Part shown: one piece after another, positions 32,082 through 41,794 of the stretch
Layout of the letters: each line of letters opens with the position of its first letter
How positions within the stretch are numbered: position 1 is the first letter of the stretch
DNA from: Steroidobacteraceae bacterium
GTDB lineage: Bacteria; Pseudomonadota; Gammaproteobacteria; Steroidobacterales; Steroidobacteraceae
Assembly (NCBI GenBank): GCA_035518275.1
Contig: DATIXU010000108.1
Coordinates: 2,039-66,038 of the forward strand
Length of the DNA: 64,000 nt
Reading direction: 5' to 3'
Program-made: the position numbers and the translations under genes
Notes under the pieces: generated by a model
Told to the model about the DNA's origin: nothing
Databases searched by the model: none
The model's input: only the letters and a program-made list of their open reading frames with translations

Positions 32082-33003
32082 GGCGCCGGCCTGCGAGGTC
32101 CAGGTTGTGTGCGAATTCGGACATCATCAGTACACGGCCACCCGGCCTCTGAACTTTCTTCACGCCGAGCAGGCCCTGGCCGCACTCAACCAGCATGATG
32201 CCCTCACGTACGGAGATGATCCTACCTGATTCAAGGTATTTAGCGTCATTTGAAGGCATGATCTCAGCAGAATGGATACGAAGACGCTCCCCGTCCAGCG
32301 TGGTCTCGGCGACCGGCCAGGGATCGAAAGCCCTCACCTGGCGAGCGATGCTCGCCGCATCGCGGCTCCAGTCGATGCGAGCCTCGGATTTGTCGATCTT
32401 GGCAGCGTAGGTGACGCCCTCTCCGGGCTGCGGGTGCGCGGCGAGCGTTCCTGCGGTCATTCCCTCGAGCGCCGCGAGGAGCGCCTGCGCGCCAACCCTT
32501 GCGAGCCTGGCGGCGAGTGAGCCGCCGGTGTCGTCCGCACCGATGCGGACCTCCCGCGTGAGGAGGATCGGGCCGGTGTCGAGCCCGGCATCCATCCGCA
32601 TGATGCTGACGCCCGTCACTTCATCTCCGGCGAGGATCGCGCGCTGCACCGGCGCGGCGCCGCGCCAGCGCGGCAGGAGCGAGGCGTGGATGTTGACACA
32701 GCCGTGGCGGGGAAGACCGAGCACCGCGGGCGGCAGAATGAGCCCGTACGCGACCACCACCAGAAGATCGGGCTTCCAGGCGGCGAGCGCCGCCTGCGTC
32801 GCCTCCTCGCGCAGGCTCACGGGCTGCAGCAGCGGCAGTTGGCGCGTCTCGGCGAGCCGCTTCACGGGCGATGCGCGCAGGTGTCGGCCGCGTCCGCTCG
32901 GGCGATCGGGTTGCGTCAGCACACCGACGACCTGGTGAAATCCCAGCAGTGCCTCGAGCGCGGGCAGCGCAAACTCCGGCGTCCCGGCGAAGGCGACGCG
33001 CAA
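32074..33003 (-). CDS. fmt: Methionyl-tRNA formyltransferase
   Basis: MRVAFAGTPEFALPAL and HASLLPRWRGAAPVQRAI are present. The def-fmt order is conserved. Confidence 0.93.
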   Translation of the reverse strand: MRVAFAGTPEFALPALEALLGFHQVVGVLTQPDRPSGRGRHLRASPVKRLAETRQLPLLQPVSLREEATQAALAAWKPDLLVVVAYGLILPPAVLGLPRHGCVNIHASLLPRWRGAAPVQRAILAGDEVTGVSIMRMDAGLDTGPILLTREVRIGADDTGGSLAARLARVGAQALLAALEGMTAGTLAAHPQPGEGVTYAAKIDKSEARIDWSRDAASIARQVRAFDPWPVAETTLDGERLRIHSAEIMPSNDAKYLESGRIISVREGIMLVECGQGLLGVKKVQRPGGRVLMMSEFAHNLDLAGRRLG

Positions 33004-33061
33004 TGTGCTAACCCGCCAGGGACGGCCGGCGCACTGAGCGCCGCAGGCGACTTTTTCCCAT

Positions 33062-33604
33062 CTACAGAGCGCGCGCGCTGCCGACGGGCGCCGCAGTGCG
33101 CGCCGAGCGCTCCTTGCGCTCCTTGTCGAGCTTCTTGCGAATACGCTCGCGCTTCAGGTCGGAGAGGTAATCGACGAACAGCTTCCCCTCAAGATGATCC
33201 ATCTCGTGCTGGATGCACACCGCCAGGATATCGTCGTAGTCGCGCTCGAATACCGCGCCGGTGCGGTCCTGGGCGCGCACCCGTATCTTCGCCGCGCGCT
33301 TCACCTCATCGAAGATCCCCGGAACCGAGAGACAGCCTTCCTCGGTGCTCTCCTCGCCCTCACGGCTGAGGATCTCCGGGTTGACGAGCGCGAGCTGCCC
33401 GCTGCGATCGCTCGAGACATCGATGACGAGGACCCGCTGGTGGACGTCGACCTGGGTGGCCGCGAGCCCGATGCCCGGGGCGGCGTACATGGTCTCGAAC
33501 AGATCGTCGACGAGCGTCCCGAGCTCGGCGTCAAACACGGTCACCGGCTTGGCGCGCGTGCGCAGCCGGGGGTCCGGGAACTCCAGGATGGTTCTTAAGG
33601 CCAT
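33062..33604 (-). CDS. def: Peptide deformylase
   Basis: All three motifs are present: [25 protein letters not shown]. The ATG at 33604 ([15 protein letters not shown]) fits the family N-terminus. Confidence 0.93.
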   Translation of the reverse strand: MALRTILEFPDPRLRTRAKPVTVFDAELGTLVDDLFETMYAAPGIGLAATQVDVHQRVLVIDVSSDRSGQLALVNPEILSREGEESTEEGCLSVPGIFDEVKRAAKIRVRAQDRTGAVFERDYDDILAVCIQHEMDHLEGKLFVDYLSDLKRERIRKKLDKERKERSARTAAPVGSARAL

Positions 33605-33753
33605 GATTTCGACGTATATGGGGGCGCCGGCGCCCGTGATCCAGCGCACGATTTTGACATTAATTCGTCTGCCAAATGCGCCGCGTGCCAGTATAACAAT
33701 TAGAATCTCGGGCGCTGCTTGTGCACCCCGCCTCGCGCGAAGAGGAGTGGAGG

Positions 33754-35028
33754 ATGGTCTCTAATCAAGTACTTGGAGCCCGCTTAGGCGCGGGCCTGCT
33801 CACCCTGTCGCTGACGCTCTCCGGGTGTGCGCTCTTCAGGCATCCAAAGCCGGCCGCCCCGGAAAGCTCCGCCCCCGCGCCCGCGGCGAGCACGAGCCAG
33901 GCGGCCGAGACCGCCCCGGCACCGGACATGACGGCGACCGAGGCCGCGATTGCGGCCGCCCCCGCGGAGGCGCCCGCACCCGCGCCCGCCGCCGCGCCGG
34001 CGTCGGTCCCCGCCAACATGGTGAATCCGACCGCGCCGAAGAGCTACGTCGTCAAGAAGGGCGACACGCTCTGGGGCATCGCCTCGATGTTCCTCAAGGA
34101 TCCCTGGCTGTGGCCCGAAGTGTGGATCATCAATCCCAAGATCCCGAACCCGCACCTGATCTATCCGGGTGACACGCTGGCGCTCGCTTATGGAGCGAGC
34201 GGCAGCCCGCAGGTCATGGTCTCGCAGGTGGGCGCCGAGCGGCTCGAAGCGGTGCGGCTCGATCCGCGGCTGCGCAGCACGGCGAACGATACTGCGATCC
34301 CCACGATTCCCTACTCCTCGCTCCGGGGCTTCCTCTCGCATCCGACCCTGCTCGACCGCGATCAGATCAAGACCGCTCCCTACGTGCTCGCTTTCCGCGA
34401 CATGCACCAGGTGGGCGGCTCGGGTATCGAGGTGTACGTGAGCAACCTCAACGCCGAGCAGAATGCACGCTACGCCGTCATGCACGTCAGCGACGAGCTG
34501 CGCGATCCCGATGACAACACGCTGCTCGGCTACGAAGGGATCTACACCGCCACCGCGCTGGTCGAGCGCCCGGGCAATCCCGCCAAGGCACTGCTCACCG
34601 AGCCCGCGCTCGAGACCGTCGCAGGCGACCGCCTGGTGACGGCGTCCGAAGAGGCGACCCCGGTCAACTTCACGCTGCGCGCACCCTCCGGCGACGTGAA
34701 GGGCCGCATCATCGCCGTCGTCAACGGCACCGATCTCGCGGGGCAGTTCGAGGTGGTGGCTATCAACCGCGGTAAGCGCCATGGGCTCGAGGCCGGCAAT
34801 GTGCTGGCCGTCGACTCGGCGGGCGACGTCGTCACCGATCTCTACCGCAACGGCGCCACGCGCGGCGATGCGATCCCCGGCTTCACCTCGTTTGCGCCGG
34901 CGGTGAAGCTCCCCGACGAGCGGGTCGGCACCCTGCTGGTCTTCAAGGTGTTCGACCGCATGAGCTACGCGCTCATCGTCGGCGCCTCGGACACCATCCA
35001 CGTCCGCGACGTCGTCCGCAATCCTTAA
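33754..35028 (+). CDS. LysM-domain lipoprotein
   Basis: ATG at 33754 follows GGAGTGGAGG. It has lipobox LTLSGC, an Ala/Pro-rich linker and LysM segment [16 protein letters not shown]...IYPGDTLAL. Confidence 0.8.
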   Translation: MVSNQVLGARLGAGLLTLSLTLSGCALFRHPKPAAPESSAPAPAASTSQAAETAPAPDMTATEAAIAAAPAEAPAPAPAAAPASVPANMVNPTAPKSYVVKKGDTLWGIASMFLKDPWLWPEVWIINPKIPNPHLIYPGDTLALAYGASGSPQVMVSQVGAERLEAVRLDPRLRSTANDTAIPTIPYSSLRGFLSHPTLLDRDQIKTAPYVLAFRDMHQVGGSGIEVYVSNLNAEQNARYAVMHVSDELRDPDDNTLLGYEGIYTATALVERPGNPAKALLTEPALETVAGDRLVTASEEATPVNFTLRAPSGDVKGRIIAVVNGTDLAGQFEVVAINRGKRHGLEAGNVLAVDSAGDVVTDLYRNGATRGDAIPGFTSFAPAVKLPDERVGTLLVFKVFDRMSYALIVGASDTIHVRDVVRNP

Positions 35029-35052
35029 CTGATCCCTTCGCAGCATTAAGTG

Positions 35053-35080
35053 CGCGCCGCGTTCGCGGCGCGTTGCCCTT
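35053..35080 (+). terminator. Probable intrinsic terminator after the LysM gene
   Basis: 8-bp GC stem cgcgccgc / gcggcgcg (35053-35060 / 35065-35072) with loop gttc, followed by ttgccctt. Confidence 0.5.
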
Positions 35081-35098
35081 GCCGTATGCTCGGGCGCC

Positions 35099-36190
35099 AT
35101 GGACTCTGCCCTGGCTCGCGCGACGCTCGCGCGCACACCCGGACTCACGGCGCAGGCCGCGGGCGCGCTGATCGCGGCCGCCGGCGGTGATCTCGCCGCA
35201 GTCCCGCGCAGGCGCGGCGCCGCCGGTATCGAGCTGCCTCCGGCGGCGCGCTCTTTCCTCGGCCGACCGGATGAGCGCGCCATCAGTGCCGATCTCGAAT
35301 GGCTCGCCTCGAGCGGCACCGTGATCGTGCTGTGCACCGACCCCGAATATCCGCCGCTGCTGCGACAAACCGCGGGCGCGCCCGCCGCGCTCTACGTGCA
35401 GGGCTCGGTGTCGCTGCTCGCCTCGCCGCAGCTCGCGATGGTCGGCTCGCGCAGTCCCACTCCCGCCGGCCGCTCGACGGCACGCGAGTTCGCCGCCTGG
35501 TTCGCGCGCGCGGGATTCACGGTGACGAGCGGGCTCGCGACCGGGATCGATGCCGCGAGCCACGAAGGCGCGCTCAAGGTGCAAGGCGCGACCATCGCCG
35601 TGTTCGGCACCGGCCTCGATCGGGTGTACCCGTCCGCCAACCGTGCGCTCGCCGAGCGCATCCGCGCGCACGGCGCGCTGGTGTCGGAGCTCCCGCCGGG
35701 CACCCCGCCGTTGCGCGCGCACTTTCCCCTGCGCAATCGCATCATCGCCGCTCTCTCCCTCGGCACGCTGGTGGTGGAGGCCGCGAGGGAAAGCGGCTCG
35801 CTCATCACCGCGCGCCACGCGCTCGATGCAGGCCGCGAGGTGTTTGCGATCCCGGGCTCGATCCACAGCCCGGTGTCGCGCGGCTGTCACCTGTTGATCA
35901 AAGCCGGGGCAAAGCTGGTCGAGGAGGCCAGGGACGTGACGGACGAGCTGGGATTTTCGGTTTTGAAAGAACGACTTACGGACGCGCCGGCGGCGTCGCA
36001 GGACCTGCGCGTATTGGACAAGGAGTTTGAAATGCTGTTAGATGCCCTCGGCTTCGAGCCAGCGACCATCGATAGCCTGGTGGCGCGCACCGAGCTGCCG
36101 AGCGACTCAATCGCCTCGATGCTGTTGATACTCGAGCTCGAGGGACGCGTGGCGGCTCTTCCGGGCGGCCGCTATGGCCGCATACCTTAG
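35099..36190 (+). CDS. dprA: DNA-processing protein A
   Basis: Rossmann-like DprA core GLATGIDAASHEGAL...GSLITARHALDAGREVFAIPGSI plus a C-terminal winged-helix-like region. Confidence 0.9.
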   Translation: MDSALARATLARTPGLTAQAAGALIAAAGGDLAAVPRRRGAAGIELPPAARSFLGRPDERAISADLEWLASSGTVIVLCTDPEYPPLLRQTAGAPAALYVQGSVSLLASPQLAMVGSRSPTPAGRSTAREFAAWFARAGFTVTSGLATGIDAASHEGALKVQGATIAVFGTGLDRVYPSANRALAERIRAHGALVSELPPGTPPLRAHFPLRNRIIAALSLGTLVVEAARESGSLITARHALDAGREVFAIPGSIHSPVSRGCHLLIKAGAKLVEEARDVTDELGFSVLKERLTDAPAASQDLRVLDKEFEMLLDALGFEPATIDSLVARTELPSDSIASMLLILELEGRVAALPGGRYGRIP

Positions 36191-36193
36191 AAA

Positions 36194-36682
36194 ATGACTG
36201 GCAGCATTCTCGACATCCTGATCTACGTCTTCGACCGGTACATGCTCGCCGATGCGCCGGAGGTGCCCGAGCGCGAGCATCTGGCGCGCGACCTCGAGCG
36301 CGCCGGGTTCACGCCGGCGAAGGTCGAGCGTGCGCTCGACTGGCTCACCGATCTCGCCTTCGGGCACGAGCGTCCGCCGCTGCCGGCGGCGGAGCCGGGT
36401 GCGCCGTCCTCATGCGTGCGCGTGTTCACCGACAGCGAGCTCACGCGCCTCTCGACCGAATGCCGCGGCTTCCTGCTCACCCTCGAGCGGCTCGGCGTCC
36501 TCACCGCCCAGCAGCGCGAGATCGTCATCGAGCGCATGCTGGCGCTCGACGCCGACGAGCCCGACACCGAGCAGCTCAAGTGGGTCGTGCTCATGGTCCT
36601 GTCGAGCCAGCCCGGGCAGGAGCTCGCCTTCGAGCGGCTCGACGGGCTGGTGTCCGACAATCGCCCGGTGGCACCGCATTGA
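36194..36682 (+). CDS. smg: Smg (DUF494) protein
   Basis: 162 aa. N-terminus ILDILIYVFDRYM and the dprA-smg-topA order are typical. Confidence 0.85.
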   Translation: MTGSILDILIYVFDRYMLADAPEVPEREHLARDLERAGFTPAKVERALDWLTDLAFGHERPPLPAAEPGAPSSCVRVFTDSELTRLSTECRGFLLTLERLGVLTAQQREIVIERMLALDADEPDTEQLKWVVLMVLSSQPGQELAFERLDGLVSDNRPVAPH

Positions 36683-36715
36683 CCGCTGCGGGTGAGCTCG
36701 CTGATTGCGTCTGGT

Positions 36716-36743
36716 CCGCGGCTCGTCCGCGGTTTTTTGTTTT
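36716..36743 (+). terminator. Rho-independent terminator after smg
   Basis: Stem ccgcgg (36716-36721) / ccgcgg (36727-36732) with loop ctcgt, followed by ttttttgtttt. Confidence 0.72.
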
Positions 36744-36766
36744 AGGCTGAGGCGTTTTCTTACCCC

Positions 36767-39340
36767 ATGGCAGACAACCTGGTCATCGTCGAATCGCCCG
36801 CCAAGGCCAAGACCATCAAGAAGTATCTCGGCCGCGACTTCGACGTGCTCGCCTCCTACGGCCACGTGCGCGATCTGGTCCCCAAGGAAGGCGCGGTCGA
36901 TCCCGACAACGGCTACGCGATGAAGTACCAGGTGCTCGAGAAGAACCAGCGGCACGTGGAGACAATCGCCCGCACGCTGAAGAAATCCCGCGCGTTGCTG
37001 CTCGCCACCGACCCCGATCGCGAGGGCGAGGCGATCGCCTGGCACCTGAAGGAGATCCTGCGCGAGCGCGGCGACCTGAACGGCAAGGATGTACGGCGCG
37101 TGGTGTTCTATGAGATCACGCGCAATGCGATCCGCGCCGCGGTCGAGCAGCCGCGCGATCTGTCGCTCGAGCTCGTCAATGCGCAGCAGGCGCGCCGCGC
37201 GCTCGACTATCTGGTCGGCTTCAACCTCTCGCCGCTGCTGTGGAAGAAGGTGCGCCGCGGACTCTCGGCGGGCCGGGTGCAGAGCCCGGCGCTGCGCATG
37301 ATCTGCGAGCGCGAGGAGGAGATCCAGGCCTTCAGGGCACAGGAATACTGGACCATCGACGGCGAGGGCACGCACTCCGGCCAGGGCTTCCCGCTGAAGC
37401 TGCTCGAATATCGCGGCAACAAGGTCGAGCAGTTCAGCTTCACCAACGAGACCGTCGCGCGCGAGGCCGAGCGCGCGATCAATGCGGCCGCGCGCGGCGC
37501 CGGAGGCGAGCCGCTCCTCGCCGTGCTGGCCATCGACCGCAAGCAGCGCCGCCGCAATCCCGCCCCGCCCTTCACCACCTCGACGCTGCAGCAGGAGGCC
37601 GCGCGCAAGCTCGGCTTCAACGCGCGCCGCACCATGCGCCTCGCGCAGCAGCTCTACGAGGGACTCGACATCGGCGAGGGCAGCGTCGGCCTGATCACCT
37701 ACATGCGCACCGATTCGGTGTCGCTCGCCGCCGAGGCGGTGCAGGAGATCCGCGCGGTTGCCGCGCGGCTCTACGGCCAGGCCGAGGTTGCCGAGGAGCC
37801 GCGCGTCTACAAGACGAAGTCGAAGAATGCACAGGAGGCGCACGAGGCAATCCGGCCCACCTCGGCCGCCATCACGCCCGCGGACGTCGAGGGCAAGATC
37901 GAGGACGACCTCTATCGGCTCTACTCCCTCATCTGGAAGCGTGCGGTCGCCTCCCAGATGGCGCACGCGATCTTCGACACCGTGGCGGTCGACCTGCTCG
38001 CCGGGCCCGACGGTCCGCAGCGCCACCTGCTGCGCGCCAACGGCTCGACGCTGGTCAAGCCCGGCTACATGTCGGTCTACCAGGAGGGAAGCGACGACCA
38101 GAAGACCGACGAGGGCGATCACGTGCTGCCGCCGATGCAGGCAGGCGAGCGCGTGGCGCTCACCGCCCTCAAGGCGGAGCAGCACTTCACCGAGCCGCCC
38201 CCGCGCTACAGCGAGGCCTCGCTGGTGAAGGCGCTCGAGGAGCACGGCATCGGCCGGCCCTCCACCTACGCTTCCATCATCTCGACGCTCCAGGACCGCG
38301 AGTACGTCGAGATGGACAGCCGCCGTTTCGTGCCGACCGACATCGGCAAGATCGTCAACCGCTTCCTCACCCACCACTTCCACCGCTACGTCGAGTACGG
38401 CTTCACCGCGGCGATGGAGGACGAGCTCGATGCGGTGTCACGCGGCGAGGAGCCGTGGACCGTGCCACTGGCGAAGTTCTGGAAGCCGTTCATCCACCAG
38501 GTCGAGAAGATCGACAAGACCGTCACCCGCGAGCAGGTGGCGATGGCGCGCGAGCTCGGCAAGGACCCCGGGGGCAGCGGCAAGCCGGTCACGGTGCGCA
38601 TGGGACGCTACGGCCCGTTCGTGCAGATCGGCACCAAGGACGACGAGGAGAAGCCGCGCTTCGCGGGCTTGAAGCCCGGGCAGAAGATGGACGCCATCAC
38701 GCTCGCGGATGCCATGGAGCTCTTCAAGCTGCCGCGCACACTGGGTGAGACCGCGCAGGGCGAGAGCATCCTCGCCAACGTCGGCCGCTTCGGCCCCTAC
38801 GTGAAGTACGGCGCCAAATACGTCTCGCTGAAAGACGACGATCCCTACACCGTGACGCTCGAGCGTGCGCTCGAGGTGATCCGCTTGAAGCAGGAGGCGG
38901 ACGCGGCGCGCCTCATCCAGGATTTCCCCGACGACGGCATCCAGGTGCTGAACGGGCGCTACGGCCCGTATGTCACCGATAAGAAGAAGAACGCCAAGGT
39001 GCCGAAGGAGCGCGACCCGAAGAGCCTGACGCTCGAGGAGTGCAAGGCCATGATCGCCGCCGCCCCCGAGCGCGGCGGCCGCTTCGGGCGCTTCCGCCGC
39101 GGCAAGCAGGCGGCGGCGGCGGGCACCGCGGCTGCCACACCGGCCGCCAAAGCCACGCCGGCCAAACCGGCGGCGAAGAAGGCCGCGACGGGCAAGGCCG
39201 CCGCTGCAGCACCCGCCGCACACGCCAAGACCACCCGCGCGCATGCGCGGCCGGCGGCGCGCAGCGCGCGCAAGCCCCTCCGCAAGCGCCCGAAGGTGAA
39301 GACGGCGGCCGCGCGCGCCGCGTCCAGCCGCAAGGGCTAA
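36767..39340 (+). CDS. topA: DNA topoisomerase I with a Cys-less C-terminal repeat domain and a Lys/Ala-rich tail
   Basis: Toprim start LVIVESPAKAKTIKKYLG, active-site region ITYMRTDS, and C-terminal repeats GRYGPFVQ / GRFGPYVK / GRYGPYVT. The last 90 aa or so are K/A/P/R-rich. Confidence 0.94.
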   Translation: MADNLVIVESPAKAKTIKKYLGRDFDVLASYGHVRDLVPKEGAVDPDNGYAMKYQVLEKNQRHVETIARTLKKSRALLLATDPDREGEAIAWHLKEILRERGDLNGKDVRRVVFYEITRNAIRAAVEQPRDLSLELVNAQQARRALDYLVGFNLSPLLWKKVRRGLSAGRVQSPALRMICEREEEIQAFRAQEYWTIDGEGTHSGQGFPLKLLEYRGNKVEQFSFTNETVAREAERAINAAARGAGGEPLLAVLAIDRKQRRRNPAPPFTTSTLQQEAARKLGFNARRTMRLAQQLYEGLDIGEGSVGLITYMRTDSVSLAAEAVQEIRAVAARLYGQAEVAEEPRVYKTKSKNAQEAHEAIRPTSAAITPADVEGKIEDDLYRLYSLIWKRAVASQMAHAIFDTVAVDLLAGPDGPQRHLLRANGSTLVKPGYMSVYQEGSDDQKTDEGDHVLPPMQAGERVALTALKAEQHFTEPPPRYSEASLVKALEEHGIGRPSTYASIISTLQDREYVEMDSRRFVPTDIGKIVNRFLTHHFHRYVEYGFTAAMEDELDAVSRGEEPWTVPLAKFWKPFIHQVEKIDKTVTREQVAMARELGKDPGGSGKPVTVRMGRYGPFVQIGTKDDEEKPRFAGLKPGQKMDAITLADAMELFKLPRTLGETAQGESILANVGRFGPYVKYGAKYVSLKDDDPYTVTLERALEVIRLKQEADAARLIQDFPDDGIQVLNGRYGPYVTDKKKNAKVPKERDPKSLTLEECKAMIAAAPERGGRFGRFRRGKQAAAAGTAAATPAAKATPAKPAAKKAATGKAAAAAPAAHAKTTRAHARPAARSARKPLRKRPKVKTAAARAASSRKG

Positions 39341-39349
39341 GCCGCGGCG

Positions 39350-40201
39350 CTACCGAAGCGCGGCCAGGAACCGATCGATCGCCTCGAGGCTCTCCGGCTC
39401 GTCGAGCAGCGGCACGTGGCCGCGATTGGCGACTTCCAGTGTCTGCAGATCCGGCTTCTCACGCTGCATGCGCGCCAGCGTCGCGGCACTCAGGATGTCC
39501 GAGTGCGCGCCGCGGATCGCCAGCAGCGGTACCTTCGCGATCGCCCCCCACAGCGGCCACAGGTCCGGCGCCGCCTTGGAGGTGTCCTTGAGCGGCTCGG
39601 CGATCATCGGGTCGCTGTCGGGCTGCGGCACGCCCTGGGCGTCGGCGCGGTAGCTGGCCCGCGCAATCTTCTCCCAGCGCGCGTCATCGAGTCCGGGCCA
39701 GGCCGAGCCGTAGACCAGGCGCACCTGGGCCACCGCGCCCGCCCAGTCCCGGACCGGCGGCGACTTGCCGACGTAACCGCGGATGCGCTCGAGCCCGGCC
39801 GGATCCACCTCGGGCCCCACGTCGTTCAGCACGATACCGCTGAGGAGCGTCGGCTGCATCGCCGCCAGCACCATCGCCATGAGTCCGCCCATCGAGGTGC
39901 CGATGATCGCGACGCGCGCGGCTCCGAGGCCGACGAGCAGCCGCTGCAGATCGGCGAGGTACACCGGGATCTGGTAGTTGTTGAAGTTGGGATCGCGCGC
40001 CGACAGGCCGCGCCCGCGCACGTCCGGCACGATCACCCGGTAGCACGGGGCGAGGTGCGCCGCGAGATCCTCGAAGTCGCGGCTGTTGCGTGTCAGGCCG
40101 TGCAGGCACACCACCACCGGCGCCGCCGCCGCCGGCCCTGCGTAAACGCGGCTGAAGAGCCTGAGCCCGTCCTGACTATCAAACCAGTACTCTGCTGCCA
40201 C
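39350..40201 (-). CDS. Alpha/beta hydrolase
   Basis: HG oxyanion motif VCLHGLTRNSRDF and nucleophile elbow GTSMGG. The GTG at 40201 is preceded by AGGAG, which overlaps the upstream gene's stop. Confidence 0.8.
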   Translation of the reverse strand: MAAEYWFDSQDGLRLFSRVYAGPAAAAPVVVCLHGLTRNSRDFEDLAAHLAPCYRVIVPDVRGRGLSARDPNFNNYQIPVYLADLQRLLVGLGAARVAIIGTSMGGLMAMVLAAMQPTLLSGIVLNDVGPEVDPAGLERIRGYVGKSPPVRDWAGAVAQVRLVYGSAWPGLDDARWEKIARASYRADAQGVPQPDSDPMIAEPLKDTSKAAPDLWPLWGAIAKVPLLAIRGAHSDILSAATLARMQREKPDLQTLEVANRGHVPLLDEPESLEAIDRFLAALR

Positions 40202-40209
40202 GGCTACTC

Positions 40210-41769
40210 CTAATACTCGCGCCCGGCGAGCTCGGCGCGCAGCTCGCGCTTCAGGATCTTGCCATTGGCATTGCGCGGCAGCGAGCCGCGCAGCACGACG
40301 TCGGCTATGCGCTGCTGCTTGCCGACCCGCTCGTTGGTCCACTCGATCAGCGCCTGCGGGTCGATGCTCTCATCCGCCTTTGCCACCACTACCGCGACCG
40401 GCGTCTCGCCCCACTTGGCACTGCGTGCCGCGACCACCGCCACCTCCGCGACGCCCGGGTGCTCGCGCATCACCTGCTCGATATCCGCCGGATACACGTT
40501 CTGGCTGCCCGAGAGGATCATGTCCTTCTTGCGGTCGACGATGTAGAGAAAGCCGTCGGCGTCGAGGTAGCCGAGATCGCCGGTGCGCAGCCAGCGGCGC
40601 CCGTCCGGGCCCTCCCAGGTGGCCTCCGCGCTCGCCGCGTCGCGATTGTTGTAGCCGTGCATGAGCAGCGGGCTCACGCCGACGATCTCGCCCACGGCCT
40701 CGGCGGGGAGCTCGGCCCCGTCCTCGCCGATGATGCGCAGGTCAGTGCCGAGGAAGGGCTTGCCGACGGAGGCGGTCTTGGCCTCGAAGTCCTCGGGCGC
40801 GAGGATGGTGCACAGGCCCTCGGTGAGCCCGTAGAGCTCGATGAGCGTCGCTCCGGTGCGGCGCGGAAACTCGCGCTTGATGCCAAGCGGTAGCGGCGAG
40901 CCGCAGCACATGATGGTGTCGAGGCTGTCGAGGTCGTGGCGCCCGAGCTCCGGGAGCGCGAGCAGCCGCTCGAGCTGCAGCGGCACGAAGTTACCGTGGG
41001 TGACGCGCTCACTCTCGATGAGCGCCGCGCAGGCGCGGGCCTCGAAGTGCGGCATGATCACGATGGTGCCGCCGACCAGCGCCGTGCACAGCATTGCCAC
41101 CCAGCTGATGTTGGAAAAGAGGCCGAGCGAGCACAGCGTCACGCAGTCGCTGCGGTAGCGCAGCGTCAGCGAACAGTCCACCGCCCAGTTGAGACGGCAG
41201 CGGTGGGTGTGGACGATACCCTTCGGCACGCCGGTGGTGCCGGAGCTGTAGATGATGTTGCACTCGGCCTCAGGGCTCACCGCCACGCGCGGCGCGGCGG
41301 CGGACTGCTGCGCTACCCAGGGGGCGAGCTCGATCCAGGGCGGCCCCGGTGAGTGGTGTGCCACGCGCACCGCGGTCGCAACCCGGCTCCAGACCTTGGC
41401 GAGCGCATCGACGCGCGCGCAGTGCGCGCCGGAGGCGAATACGGCACGCGCCGCGGCATCCTCGATCATGGCGCCGACCGCGGCGTCGGTCACCGAGGTG
41501 TTGAGCGGCACCGCCACGCAGCCGGAGCGCAGGATCCCGAAGATCGTGAGCGCCGTCTCCAGGCTGTTGTCCATGAGAATGGCGATGCGCTCGCCGGGCT
41601 TCAGTCCGAGCGCCGCGATGCCGTTGGCGATCCGGGCCGTGTCCCGCTCGAGCTCGGCCCAGCTGAGCCGCCGCTCCCCTTCCACGAGCGCGGTGCGCGC
41701 GGCGCGCCAGCGCCCGTGGCGCGCGATCAGCTCCGGCAGCAGCGGCTCCGGCGCCTCGAACCAGCCCAT
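40210..41769 (-). CDS. AMP-dependent synthetase/ligase (acyl-CoA synthetase family)
   Basis: AMP-binding signature IIYSSGTTGVPKG, then YGLTE, GDLGYLDADGFLYIVDRKKD and a C-terminal K in NGKILKREL. Confidence 0.88.
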   Translation of the reverse strand: MGWFEAPEPLLPELIARHGRWRAARTALVEGERRLSWAELERDTARIANGIAALGLKPGERIAILMDNSLETALTIFGILRSGCVAVPLNTSVTDAAVGAMIEDAAARAVFASGAHCARVDALAKVWSRVATAVRVAHHSPGPPWIELAPWVAQQSAAAPRVAVSPEAECNIIYSSGTTGVPKGIVHTHRCRLNWAVDCSLTLRYRSDCVTLCSLGLFSNISWVAMLCTALVGGTIVIMPHFEARACAALIESERVTHGNFVPLQLERLLALPELGRHDLDSLDTIMCCGSPLPLGIKREFPRRTGATLIELYGLTEGLCTILAPEDFEAKTASVGKPFLGTDLRIIGEDGAELPAEAVGEIVGVSPLLMHGYNNRDAASAEATWEGPDGRRWLRTGDLGYLDADGFLYIVDRKKDMILSGSQNVYPADIEQVMREHPGVAEVAVVAARSAKWGETPVAVVVAKADESIDPQALIEWTNERVGKQQRIADVVLRGSLPRNANGKILKRELRAELAGREY

Positions 41770-41794
41770 CGGCGTGCCTTGAGCAGGACGCGCG

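Noticed and set aside
36410-38383. 657-aa minus-strand ORF opposite smg and topA. There are similar cases at 53755-55731, 45403-47145, 16032-17531, 21138-22436 and 1093-2241.
   Set aside because: All are antisense to confidently identified genes, with Arg/Ala/Gly-biased composition and no domain signatures.
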